DNA of 48,499 nt from Candidatus Poribacteria bacterium (GTDB lineage: Bacteria; Poribacteria; WGA-4E; UBA9662): assembly GCA_036339735.1 (NCBI GenBank), contig JAYZAL010000003.1, positions 1 to 48,499 of the forward strand. The letters run 5' to 3'. The number at the start of each line of letters is the position of its first letter. The first letter of the stretch is position 1. The position numbers and the translations under genes are program-made. Below the pieces are notes generated by a model. That model ran no database searches and was not told where the DNA came from. It worked only from the letters and a program-made list of their open reading frames with translations. Of this stretch, positions 20,994 through 30,417 are shown piece by piece.

Positions 20994-21023
20994 ATGGTAC
21001 ATTAGCTATTCGAATAAAGTCAA
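20994..21023 (-). promoter_or_regulatory. Putative promoter for thiO-thiS-thiG-argB
   Basis: TTGACT-18 nt-TACCAT on the minus strand. Confidence 0.45.
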
Positions 21024-21062
21024 GGCTGAGACGGATACTAGAGTCAACTAAGACTTTTTCTA

Positions 21063-22679
21063 TTAGATCAATCGCTTAGCCCTGAGAGCAATAACCATAT
21101 TCTTCATTTCTTCGATGATTTGGCACTCTTTTTTAGCAGTTGTATCAAGAACAGAAACAGGTACAGATGTATTATTATACTGATGATTGTTGATCCACAT
21201 ACGATCTGGATGATCTAATCCTAGGTAGCGAATCGATAAGTAATGTTCTGCTTGTTGAATCGATTCTTTTCCATTCAAAATTTTTCCTTGTTTTTTAGTT
21301 TCATAACTAACACTATAGCAGCGGCCTGTTTTTTGATTAACAATCGTATAACCCGCTCTACCTATGGATTCATTCCAGCATTCTTCAAAACCATTTGTAG
21401 GTATACGCTCTCTTAATTCTTGAGCGGATCTAACAAGGGACTCTTGGCCGATGGGATTTCGGACCACAGTAACATCATCTTCTGTTGTTCGGTGAGGAGC
21501 TAAGCTTTGTGTCAAATAGACACTATCCAAACTGTAAACCACTCCATTCTTAATGCCTTTGGCTAGATTCAGATGGCACTCAGAAATTTCAGTGTCAAAT
21601 GGATGGAGCTGGTAGAGTGAGCTGCTAGAAAACATAGCTCTTAATTCTTTGCGACAATTAATACTAGACATTCGGCTCTGAGGTGTTGAGACCTCCAAAA
21701 TTAACTGATATCCAACCAGTAAATCTCTTACGACTCCTAATTCCGATTCTTTTGCTTTAGCAAGATAGGTCAACCCGGTCTGACTTTTGGAAATTAGTCG
21801 ACTAATCAGGTACTTTCGGCGGAGTGATTTTATTTGTCCTGAAATTGATTTGAACACTGGTGGTGGCAGTTGATCGATTAAGATTTTATGTTCCCACCGG
21901 CTGCCACGCTCGTGTGTGAGAATCTGTAGTTGTTGTATTTGTTCCTCAGAACGAATATAACCAAGAGTAGTAAAAGGATCAAAGGTAGTCCGGTAGCCAT
22001 CCGTTTCTGAATCGGTCAAAACACAGTCTCGACGCTCATAACGAGAATAAAGACCGAACTGGAATTCCACTTCACCAAATGGTTCTATCGCTTCCAATAG
22101 ATCTCGTGCAAACTCGTTACCACTCGGATATTGGCTAAAGATAGCTTCGGTTTTTTTTGGGTTGTTGAGTCCATCGAGAAAATGACCAATGGGAATTCCA
22201 CTCTGGCTCATATTTGTACCAAAGACTTTTGTTTTACTTTTGAAGGGGGGTTGTTTCAAAAACAAGTCTCTTTGTGCCGTTAGATGCTGTGCGGGGTCCG
22301 CTGATAGGTTCGAGATCGTTGTTGCATCTCCAAAAAAATCTTCCAGTAAGTCGTAATTCCCACTTTCAATTACATCGTCACCCCTTTTTAGCTCGGCAAA
22401 CTGAACAAGATCATCAGCCTGATAACAAAGCGGAGCACTCGATGAAAGATTATCGTAATTACTTCGAGTGAAACGAATACGTGGTTTAATTCGCATGACA
22501 GGTATTAAACCATAGTTTTTCAGTAGAGCATATAGGGTAACAGTATATGATTCGTCATGGATTTTCTGTCTCAAGATCCCTTGTTTACTAGTTCCTTTGA
22601 TCAAATGAGATTGGACCGTTTCACTGTCGTTAGAAAATATCATCATTCGGTGTTCTTCTCGACTATTATCAACCATCAC
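21063..22679 (-). CDS. Divergent VTC/CYTH-like (triphosphate tunnel metalloenzyme) domain protein
   Basis: Ordered motifs REEHR, YTVTLY, KPRIR, FAELK, YERR, YRTTFD, WEHK, ISKSQTG parallel the VTC-domain consensus as recalled (RxExK, YxxSLY, KxRIR, FLExK, YxR, RITFD, LEVK, SKY). Confidence 0.55.
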   Translation of the reverse strand: MMVDNSREEHRMMIFSNDSETVQSHLIKGTSKQGILRQKIHDESYTVTLYALLKNYGLIPVMRIKPRIRFTRSNYDNLSSSAPLCYQADDLVQFAELKRGDDVIESGNYDLLEDFFGDATTISNLSADPAQHLTAQRDLFLKQPPFKSKTKVFGTNMSQSGIPIGHFLDGLNNPKKTEAIFSQYPSGNEFARDLLEAIEPFGEVEFQFGLYSRYERRDCVLTDSETDGYRTTFDPFTTLGYIRSEEQIQQLQILTHERGSRWEHKILIDQLPPPVFKSISGQIKSLRRKYLISRLISKSQTGLTYLAKAKESELGVVRDLLVGYQLILEVSTPQSRMSSINCRKELRAMFSSSSLYQLHPFDTEISECHLNLAKGIKNGVVYSLDSVYLTQSLAPHRTTEDDVTVVRNPIGQESLVRSAQELRERIPTNGFEECWNESIGRAGYTIVNQKTGRCYSVSYETKKQGKILNGKESIQQAEHYLSIRYLGLDHPDRMWINNHQYNNTSVPVSVLDTTAKKECQIIEEMKNMVIALRAKRLI

Positions 22680-22722
22680 TTTCCTTTTTATTTTTGGCTT
22701 TTACCCGTAAGACAACCTATCT

Positions 22723-23244
22723 TTATTGTACAAACGTCTCTTTGGGCCGCCATAGTCGAATCAACTGCCCTCGATTTTTATTGTTCAAGCACAGAATCTC
22801 GGTCCAGTTGTCTATAGGTAGGTATACCTCAGCTAATGCAGCGGTTGGCATAGTTTCATGATTACCGGTAAGTTCATCTATCAGTAGTTCTAGACCAGGG
22901 TTATGTCCAATCACCATCACCCTAGCGTGATGATTGGGCAAATCAGATAAGTAAGACATATATACCCATGGCTGTGCTAAATAAAATCGGTCAACTTCAG
23001 TAATCCCATGAACGTACTGGCTCGATGCCGCTACTAAATTAGCTGTTTGTCGAGCTCTCTTAGCTGAAGAGGTTAAAATTAAGTCAGGAACTAGTTGCTG
23101 TTTTCTCAGCAGTTGCCCTACTCTTGGGGCATCTCTTTGCCCACGTACGTTCAAAGGCCGATCTTTGTCTGAAATTGATGGGATGTCCCAACTCGATTTA
23201 GCATGTCGTAAAATCAAAACAGTTTTTGTTGTAGAAGGCATCAT
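22723..23244 (-). CDS. sixA: SixA-type histidine phosphatase
   Basis: LRHAKS, DRPLNxRG, SSAKRARQT, IGHNPG. Confidence 0.9.
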   Translation of the reverse strand: MMPSTTKTVLILRHAKSSWDIPSISDKDRPLNVRGQRDAPRVGQLLRKQQLVPDLILTSSAKRARQTANLVAASSQYVHGITEVDRFYLAQPWVYMSYLSDLPNHHARVMVIGHNPGLELLIDELTGNHETMPTAALAEVYLPIDNWTEILCLNNKNRGQLIRLWRPKETFVQ

Positions 23245-23373
23245 AGCAAATCATACTGCGGATACGTCTATTTTTCAATATACTATTTAGCTAATGGTCG
23301 ATTAGTGTAATGCCAGAGAAGTAAAAACAAATTTACAAACCAGCCCTCACTAAATATTGATTATCGGTTTTAT

Positions 23374-23402
23374 TTGACATTGCCTCTTGTCTATTGTAGC
23401 CT
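23374..23402 (+). promoter_or_regulatory. Putative sigma70 promoter for hflK-hflC-fkp
   Basis: TTGACA-17 nt-TAGCCT. Confidence 0.55.
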
Positions 23403-23443
23403 ATACATCTTTAGTTTACCATCACTGTACTTAGGCTAGTTTC

Positions 23444-24430
23444 ATGAATGAATTTAACCCGGCTGAAATTTTGGATTCGCTTCAACCAGACTTCAATCGA
23501 TTTTCAGGGAAACACCTGATTTGGGTTGTTCTATTCGGGTTAGCCGTTTATGGTCTGGCTACATCTATTTATACGGTTCCTGAAGACTCTCGAGCAGTCG
23601 TTTTGCGGTTTGGGCAGTCTATTGAACAGAAGGAATCAGGACTACATTTCAAGCTTCCTTTTGGTATCGATCGTCAGTATCCAGTGCCCGTGAAACGGAT
23701 ATTCAAGGAAGAATTCGGATTTCGTACACTTCAAGCTTCGGTTACTACTCAGTACGACACTCGGGATTATCCTGGTGAATCTTTAATGCTGACTGGAGAC
23801 CTAAATATTGCTGACGTGGAGTGGGTGGTTCAGTACAAGATTTCTAACCCAGAATTCTATCTTTTTTCGATTCGTAACCCTGAGCAAGCCCTACGGGATT
23901 TAGCTGAGTCGGTAATGCGGTTAGTAGTTGGGGACCGAACAGTGACCGAAGTCTTAACCGTTGGTCGGAGTGAAATTACACTGGAAGTCGAAACAAAACT
24001 ACAAGACTTATTAGAAGTTTATCAAACAGGTCTCCGAGTAGAGAGTGTAACGTTACAAGATGTGAATCCACCTGAAGCTGTCAAGCCTGCTTTCAACTCG
24101 GTCAATGAATCAAAACAGCAAAGAGAACAGCTTATAAACGAGGCACGTGAAGACTACAATACGTCCGTTCCAAAAGCTACAGGGTTGGCTCGTAAGGTGA
24201 TCACTGAGGCTGAAGGTTATGCATTAAAACGAGTCAACGAAGCTCGTGGAGACGCAGACCGTTTTACAGCCATCCTTGGTGCTTATCAAAGCGCTAAATC
24301 AGTTACTCGTCGGCGTTTGTATCTAGAAACAATGAGCCAAGTTCTACCAACTGTAGAGGAGATATATATCATCGATGGTAAGCCTGGCGCACCACTACCA
24401 ATTTTGCAATTGGGACCAAAAGGGAAATAG
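23444..24430 (+). CDS. hflK: FtsH protease modulator HflK
   Basis: N-terminal TM helix, VVLRFG, GLHFKLPFGID, MLTGDLNI, QDVNPP, TRRRLYLETM. Confidence 0.93.
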   Translation: MNEFNPAEILDSLQPDFNRFSGKHLIWVVLFGLAVYGLATSIYTVPEDSRAVVLRFGQSIEQKESGLHFKLPFGIDRQYPVPVKRIFKEEFGFRTLQASVTTQYDTRDYPGESLMLTGDLNIADVEWVVQYKISNPEFYLFSIRNPEQALRDLAESVMRLVVGDRTVTEVLTVGRSEITLEVETKLQDLLEVYQTGLRVESVTLQDVNPPEAVKPAFNSVNESKQQREQLINEAREDYNTSVPKATGLARKVITEAEGYALKRVNEARGDADRFTAILGAYQSAKSVTRRRLYLETMSQVLPTVEEIYIIDGKPGAPLPILQLGPKGK

Positions 24431-24435
24431 CTATT

Positions 24436-25395
24436 ATGGATAAGCTGCTAGTCGCTTTTGCTATCATACTTTTGTTCATTATTCCAACTGTAACCAGCAC
24501 TTTTTACGTGGTCAAGGAGGGCGAGCAAGTAATCATTACCGAATTTGGTCGAGCCGTTGATCAAAAAACTCAGGCAGGGTTGCATTTTAAAAAGCCATTT
24601 ATACAAAATATTGTTTCCTTCAGTAAGAGAATTCTGGAGTGGAATGGGTTGCCTAACCAGATTACTACCAAAGATAAACGTTTCATTTGGGTTGATACCA
24701 CAGCTCGGTGGCAAATCGTAGATGCATTAGCTTTCTATCGTTCTCAACGCAATGAGGATATTGCACAATCTCGTTTGGATGACATTATTGATTCCGCCAC
24801 ACGTGACCTAATTACAGGGCAGTTACTAATAGAAGTTGTTCGAAACTCCAATCGGATATTGAGTTTAGATATGTCAAGGTTGGCGGAGGAGGATCAAGAT
24901 GCTCCTATTCCAACCGAAGAAATTGAAGTGGGACGAGAACAGGTCACACAAATGGTACTAGAGAAGGCAAATCAGAAGTTATCAAAAGAATTTGGTATTC
25001 AGTTGATAGACGTGAGGATCAAGAGAATTAACTATGTTGATGAAGTTCAGCAGAAGGTTTTTTCTCGCATGATTTCGGAACGGAAACAGATTGCGGCTAA
25101 ATACCAGTCTGAAGGCGAAGGTGAAGCGGCTAATATTCAAGGTCAAATGCAAAAGGACCTAGAACAAATTCAGTCAGAAGCTTATAAAAAAGCCGAGCAA
25201 ATTAAAGGACAAGCAGATGCCGAAGCTATCGAAATCTACGCTTCGGCACATAACCAAGACCCAGAATTCTATGCTTTTTTGCAGACATTGGAAACATATG
25301 CAGCTACCATTGGCAATAACTCTAAACTATATCTTTCCACGGATAGTGATCTTTACCAGTACTTGAAAACTACGGGAACGACTAGCAAACGGTAA
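24436..25395 (+). CDS. hflC: FtsH protease modulator HflC
   Basis: GLHFKKPF, TKDKR, DVRIKRI, RMISER, DPEFYAF; directly follows hflK. Confidence 0.93.
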   Translation: MDKLLVAFAIILLFIIPTVTSTFYVVKEGEQVIITEFGRAVDQKTQAGLHFKKPFIQNIVSFSKRILEWNGLPNQITTKDKRFIWVDTTARWQIVDALAFYRSQRNEDIAQSRLDDIIDSATRDLITGQLLIEVVRNSNRILSLDMSRLAEEDQDAPIPTEEIEVGREQVTQMVLEKANQKLSKEFGIQLIDVRIKRINYVDEVQQKVFSRMISERKQIAAKYQSEGEGEAANIQGQMQKDLEQIQSEAYKKAEQIKGQADAEAIEIYASAHNQDPEFYAFLQTLETYAATIGNNSKLYLSTDSDLYQYLKTTGTTSKR

Positions 25396-25419
25396 AATTG
25401 GTCTTAATAAACTAAACTA

Positions 25420-28023
25420 GTGGTCCAACCGATGTGGGAAAATCTAATTCTCACCGCTACAAACTCCGCTCAGGCAGAGGTCTTCGAGAGCCAACTGAAA
25501 CGGCTTCGCCGAGCTAAAGTTCTAGACCCAGAGGTTCGCACTTGGGTTATTCCTGATCCAGATGGACAGAGAATTGGTAGTGGAGGCGCCACTTTTAATG
25601 CTTTGGCCACTTGCTTCCCACAGGGCATTGGCTTCGATCAGAAAACCTTGATGCTTCATTCCGGTGGTGATAGTCAACGGATCCCGCACCAAAGCTTACA
25701 AGGAAAGATATTTGCTTCACTGCCTGCCCCAGATTTTTCAGTATTCGAATCTATTTATCAAGTACTAAGCCAGATTGGTCAGCAGTTAGAATCTGGTATC
25801 GTAGTTGCTTGTGGTGATACTCCCCTTCGATTTTCTGGTCAGCCTAAGCTTCCATCTCAAGATTTTGACATATTAGGTATTGGCCATTGGGCGGACCTTG
25901 ATCTGGGTACGCGACACGGAGTCTATCAAACTGCGAAGCCCGAGTTTTCGAAGTCCCAAATTTTACATCAGGTGAAGTCTGTGTGGCAGAAAGCCTCAAC
26001 CGATTTACTAAAGCAATTTTGCAACAATGACCAACAGGTAATCATTGACACGGGTGTTCTGATTTTTCAAGGTCGATCTATTGACCAATTACAAGATTGG
26101 ACCATGGAGTATAATCCGGGTACTTTTGTGGATTTATATAGTCAGCTACTACCCCAGTTTATAGCAGACCAGTTCACCGATTTTCGAGCGTGGATACCAG
26201 AACAATTACATTTTTTCCACTCAGGGACAACTCGTGAATACTTTGATTTTATCGATAATTCTGAGCAGACAGTTAAATTTGCTGTTCCTTTAATTGAACC
26301 CACTGACAGTTGGGTAGAAATTTCATACAATGTTGACGATAACCCAAAAAAAGTTGATGATAAAGCTACCTTATTTGGACAACCAATTTACCAATGGCTT
26401 AGGACAAATTCTCATTCAGCTATCAGTATTTGGCCATATGAAGAGGAACGCTCTCTATGGAACGCTCGACTATTCCCGATTCACAGGGGAATCCAAGATA
26501 ATGACTTTGGTTTATCTCCAGACACAGCTTTTCCAAATTGGTATTTGGACCCAGATGATAACTGGCTAAAAAGTAAACGATTGTCGATTGGGGAAGTCAT
26601 GAAACTGGCTGATAGACATAAAATTTTCAAAAATGAGCAGAAGATTGAGGCCGAAGTCTTAGCATCCAATATTGTCGACAGAATTGGAACAGATAGTGAT
26701 TTTCGTTCTGAACTCAATCAGATACTAACACCGGAAGGCAGTCATATTCTTATCGGTAGCTTAAGTAAACAATTAACCGAAATTGAGAACCCACTTTATC
26801 AAGCACGTTTGCACAAGGTAATTTCAGACTTGTCTGATAAGATGGAGGATGACAGGCTTAAAAAACAGCATTTAGAATTGGCCTTCCAAAAAATTGCACA
26901 ATCGGTATCAGAAAGTATGGTACTGGATCAAAAGAACTCCTCATTCAAGAAAAATCAATTTTCCAATTCCAAAACTATAACTGTCAAGCTACCAGTTCGA
27001 ATTGACTTAGCAGGAGGTTGGACTGACACTCCGCCCTATAGTTTGGAGCGGGGTGGTGCCGTTGTCAACATGGCAATTTTGCTGAATGGGGATTATCCGA
27101 TTCAAGTACAAGCTAGATGGCTAAATCAACGAATAGTAAGGTTTCATTCAATAGACCAAGATCAACTACTAGAGATTACTGATTTTGATGAACTTTATAA
27201 CAGGCCAAAAATTGGTAATGCGCTAGCTCTGCCACACGCGGTTCTGTTAGCTGGGGATATTTTGTCAGTCTTGAATATTTCAAAAACAATGGGCCTGGAG
27301 ATTACAACTAGCTGTAATGTGCCAATGGGATCTGGCCTCGGTACTAGTAGTATTTTAGCCGCAGGCTGCGTTATAGCAACTTGGGGACTAATGGAACGTG
27401 AATGGAGCCAAGAGGAGTTATTTAATCAAGTTCTGTATGTCGAACAAGTGCTAGGTTCTGGTGGAGGCTGGCAAGATCAAGTAGGTGGAATTGTAGGTGG
27501 TGCAAAATTGACAACCACCGAAGCCGGAATACCTCAACATTTTTCAGTTCAGCAGTTGGCACTTACAGGTTCATTTGCCCAAATATTGCAGGAACGAATG
27601 ATTCTTGCATACACGGGTGAACAAAGAATTGCCAAAAACATTTTAGAGTTGGTGGTTGCTGATTGGCTTTCCCGCCGAGTAGATCTAGTCGAAACCCTGA
27701 ACAATCTACGTACTAATGCTTACCAAATGGCTATGGAAATTCAAAAAGGAGATGTAGATAAATTCAGTCAATTATTAGTCAATTATTTTGAAGGTAAAAA
27801 AGTATTGAACCCACAAACTACGAATCCACAAATCAATAGACTGATTAACCGTGATTATTGTCTCGCTTGGAATATTGCTGGTGCAGGTGGAGGCGGGTTC
27901 TTGATACTTCTTGCTAAAGATGCTGATTCGCGTCGCTTGATGGAGCAATATTTAATTGACTATTCTGCTACGATATATGATTGGGATTTTGCTAACGGGT
28001 ACGTCGTTGATTCACTCCCATAA
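25420..28023 (+). CDS. fkp: Bifunctional L-fucokinase / fucose-1-phosphate guanylyltransferase-like protein
   Basis: N-terminal DPDGQRIGSGGAT and HSGGDSQR; C-terminal GHMP kinase motifs PVRIDLAGGWTDTPP, PMGSGLGTSSILA, GGGWQDQ, AGAGGGG. Confidence 0.85.
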   Translation: MVQPMWENLILTATNSAQAEVFESQLKRLRRAKVLDPEVRTWVIPDPDGQRIGSGGATFNALATCFPQGIGFDQKTLMLHSGGDSQRIPHQSLQGKIFASLPAPDFSVFESIYQVLSQIGQQLESGIVVACGDTPLRFSGQPKLPSQDFDILGIGHWADLDLGTRHGVYQTAKPEFSKSQILHQVKSVWQKASTDLLKQFCNNDQQVIIDTGVLIFQGRSIDQLQDWTMEYNPGTFVDLYSQLLPQFIADQFTDFRAWIPEQLHFFHSGTTREYFDFIDNSEQTVKFAVPLIEPTDSWVEISYNVDDNPKKVDDKATLFGQPIYQWLRTNSHSAISIWPYEEERSLWNARLFPIHRGIQDNDFGLSPDTAFPNWYLDPDDNWLKSKRLSIGEVMKLADRHKIFKNEQKIEAEVLASNIVDRIGTDSDFRSELNQILTPEGSHILIGSLSKQLTEIENPLYQARLHKVISDLSDKMEDDRLKKQHLELAFQKIAQSVSESMVLDQKNSSFKKNQFSNSKTITVKLPVRIDLAGGWTDTPPYSLERGGAVVNMAILLNGDYPIQVQARWLNQRIVRFHSIDQDQLLEITDFDELYNRPKIGNALALPHAVLLAGDILSVLNISKTMGLEITTSCNVPMGSGLGTSSILAAGCVIATWGLMEREWSQEELFNQVLYVEQVLGSGGGWQDQVGGIVGGAKLTTTEAGIPQHFSVQQLALTGSFAQILQERMILAYTGEQRIAKNILELVVADWLSRRVDLVETLNNLRTNAYQMAMEIQKGDVDKFSQLLVNYFEGKKVLNPQTTNPQINRLINRDYCLAWNIAGAGGGGFLILLAKDADSRRLMEQYLIDYSATIYDWDFANGYVVDSLP

Positions 28024-28215
28024 CAAGTATTTAGTATTTTTTCTTAAGGAGCTAAAGACTCATTCGTAGAAAAGATAACGCCAACTAGTATTCTCCTGTT
28101 TTCGAGTCGCATGGTCGTGGAGTGATATATAAGTGCTACAGAATGGCCTCGATTACAACGGGATAAGATCAAATTATGAAGAGAGACTAACTTTTCAGGT
28201 CAACGGGAGGTAACG

Positions 28216-29301
28216 ATGCCGGTTAAGTTCAAAAAAACGCTTATTTCAGAAGAAACCTACGAAACAGCTGCAGCTTTCGACGTTGATGGTGATGGAGTTT
28301 TAGATATTGTATCTGGAGGTTGGTGGTACAAAGGTCCCAATTTTAAAGAGCGTTATAAGATATGTGATGTTATGCCGGATGGTGAATATTACGATGATTT
28401 TTCCACAATCCCTCTGGATGTTAATGGCAACGGGCGTACCGACTTTATTACAGGTGGTTGGTTTGGTTGCCATATACGTTGGGTGGAAAACCCAAGAGAC
28501 CTAAATCAAGAATGGGTCCAACATATTATTGCTGATTGTGGTAATGTTGAAACCACTAGGGCTTGGGATGTTGATGGCGATGGTCTGCTTGAAATTGTAC
28601 CGAACACCCCATCAACACCTCTGATTGTCTATAAACTGATCGTAGACACAAATGGTCAAGGACAAGGCGAATTTGTGAGACACCAAATTTATGATTCCGG
28701 CCAAGGACATGGTCTCGGCTTCGGTGATGTTACTGGTAACGGTCGTGGCGATTTTATACTCAATCATGGCTGGTTAGAATCTCCCGAAGACACCTACGGT
28801 GGAGACTGGAAGTTTCACGCTGATTTCGATCTTGGTTCGGCCAGTGTACCGATTTTGGTAGTAGACGTGAATGGAGATGGTCTCAACGATCTCATCGTTG
28901 GTCAAGCTCACCCTTATGGCTTAGACTGGTGGGAGCAACAGATTAGTTCGACTGGTAAACGAACATGGGTGAAGCATCCCATTGACCCCTATAATTCCCA
29001 ATACCATGACATCCAATGGATCGACATTGACGGTGATGGTGAATGTGAATTGGTAACTGGTAAAAGATATAGGGCGCATTGTGGTAATGATCCGGGGGCC
29101 AATGATGACCTTGGCATCTACTATTTCAAGTGGAATGGCAAATCTTTTTCAAAACAAGTAATCGACTATGGTCCAGCTGGAACTGGCTCAGGTTGTGGCA
29201 TCTATTTTCATGCTGTGGATATTAATAATAACGGTTTGATAGATATAGTTGCACCGGGGAAAGATGGACTCCACCTGTTTCAAAATTTGGGAATTACCTA
29301 A
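28216..29301 (+). CDS. FG-GAP/VCBS repeat beta-propeller protein
   Basis: About seven DxxGxGxxD repeats (DVDGDGVLD, DVNGNGRTD, DVDGDGLLE, DVTGNGRGD, DVNGDGLND, DIDGDGECE, DINNNGLID); SD GGGAGGT. Confidence 0.85.
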   Translation: MPVKFKKTLISEETYETAAAFDVDGDGVLDIVSGGWWYKGPNFKERYKICDVMPDGEYYDDFSTIPLDVNGNGRTDFITGGWFGCHIRWVENPRDLNQEWVQHIIADCGNVETTRAWDVDGDGLLEIVPNTPSTPLIVYKLIVDTNGQGQGEFVRHQIYDSGQGHGLGFGDVTGNGRGDFILNHGWLESPEDTYGGDWKFHADFDLGSASVPILVVDVNGDGLNDLIVGQAHPYGLDWWEQQISSTGKRTWVKHPIDPYNSQYHDIQWIDIDGDGECELVTGKRYRAHCGNDPGANDDLGIYYFKWNGKSFSKQVIDYGPAGTGSGCGIYFHAVDINNNGLIDIVAPGKDGLHLFQNLGIT

Positions 29302-29348
29302 GGAAAAATAGGACATAATTTCTTGGTATTTAACACCAAAATAAATTT

Positions 29349-29389
29349 GATCGAGAAGAAAAAACATATCATGGTCTTTCTTCTCGATC
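29349..29389. repeat. 13-bp perfect inverted repeat (possible terminator or operator)
   Basis: GATCGAGAAGAAA-15 nt-TTTCTTCTCGATC. Confidence 0.7.
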
Positions 29390-29480
29390 TGATTATAATT
29401 TGTAGACAAGATTAAAGATCGGTGATAGACTTGTGGTCATTTTCGAAATTTATGATGTGTGATTAGGAGTACAAACCTGT

Positions 29481-30257
29481 ATGAAGAAAATATTAATTGT
29501 TTTAACCCTAATTCTATCCGTGGCCTTCTTGGGACAAACGGCTGAAATTACAGATGGCCTAGTACTGTATATGCCGCTGGATGAAGGGACTGGAAAAAAA
29601 GTAAAAGACTTGTCGGAGACAAAAGCCGAAGGTGAATTGAAAGGTGGAAAGTGGGTTGATGGGAAATTTGGCAAAGCTTTACAATTTAAGGCGGCTCAAG
29701 AAAAGGTAGTTGTGGATGATAACAAAGCCTTCCACATTGAAGGTGCAATCACTCAAGCAGCTTGGGTTCAATTAGATCAGTTGCCCAGTGCTCACGCCAT
29801 TGTTTTCGGTACTCGGTCGGGAGGTGGCCGTAACATTGGTTTTGGTTACGGAATGAATCCTGGTAATGGAATAAAAGTTTGGACTAATGACAAAGGCGGC
29901 GGATTTAAAGATATCAATGATAACAAGACTAAACTCAAAACCGGTACATGGTACTACTTAGCTTATACTCATACTGACGATGATAAAGGTATGGTTAAGA
30001 TTTATGTAGACGGGAAAGTCACTTATGAGGAAAAATCTGGTAACCCAGTTGCGCCTGCAGGCTCACCTGATGTAGTTCAAATTGGAACTTGGAATGGTGA
30101 AAAATGGCCCGGCATCGTGGACGAAGTTCGGATGTGGAATAGGGCTTTGTCCGCAGAAGAAATTCAGTTTAGCATGGAAGCTGGTGAGGAGAAATTCATG
30201 GCAGTTCAACCAACAGCTAAATTAGCTGCCACTTGGGGAAGACTCAAAGTCCAATAA
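29481..30257 (+). CDS. Secreted LamG / concanavalin A-like domain protein with C-terminal WGxLK tail
   Basis: Sec signal peptide, GLVLYMPLDEG, GKFGKAL, WYYLA, IYVDG, GIVDEVRMWNRALS, tail AVQPTAKLAATWGRLKVQ. Confidence 0.9.
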   Translation: MKKILIVLTLILSVAFLGQTAEITDGLVLYMPLDEGTGKKVKDLSETKAEGELKGGKWVDGKFGKALQFKAAQEKVVVDDNKAFHIEGAITQAAWVQLDQLPSAHAIVFGTRSGGGRNIGFGYGMNPGNGIKVWTNDKGGGFKDINDNKTKLKTGTWYYLAYTHTDDDKGMVKIYVDGKVTYEEKSGNPVAPAGSPDVVQIGTWNGEKWPGIVDEVRMWNRALSAEEIQFSMEAGEEKFMAVQPTAKLAATWGRLKVQ

Positions 30258-30284
30258 TAAAACTTACATATCATTTGGATTAGC

Positions 30285-30334
30285 AAATACCAGCCGACCT
30301 TACCTATGAGTAACGGTTGAGCTGGTATTTTTTT
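30285..30334 (+). terminator. Intrinsic terminator after the LamG gene
   Basis: Stem AAATACCAGC...GCTGGTATTT running into a T tract. Confidence 0.75.
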
Positions 30335-30417
30335 GATCGTTTTCCAATTTTGAATTTAATCTTGAGAAATGGATGAAGTTTCGCCAACAATATGCAATAT
30401 GGAGGTAAAACTAAATT

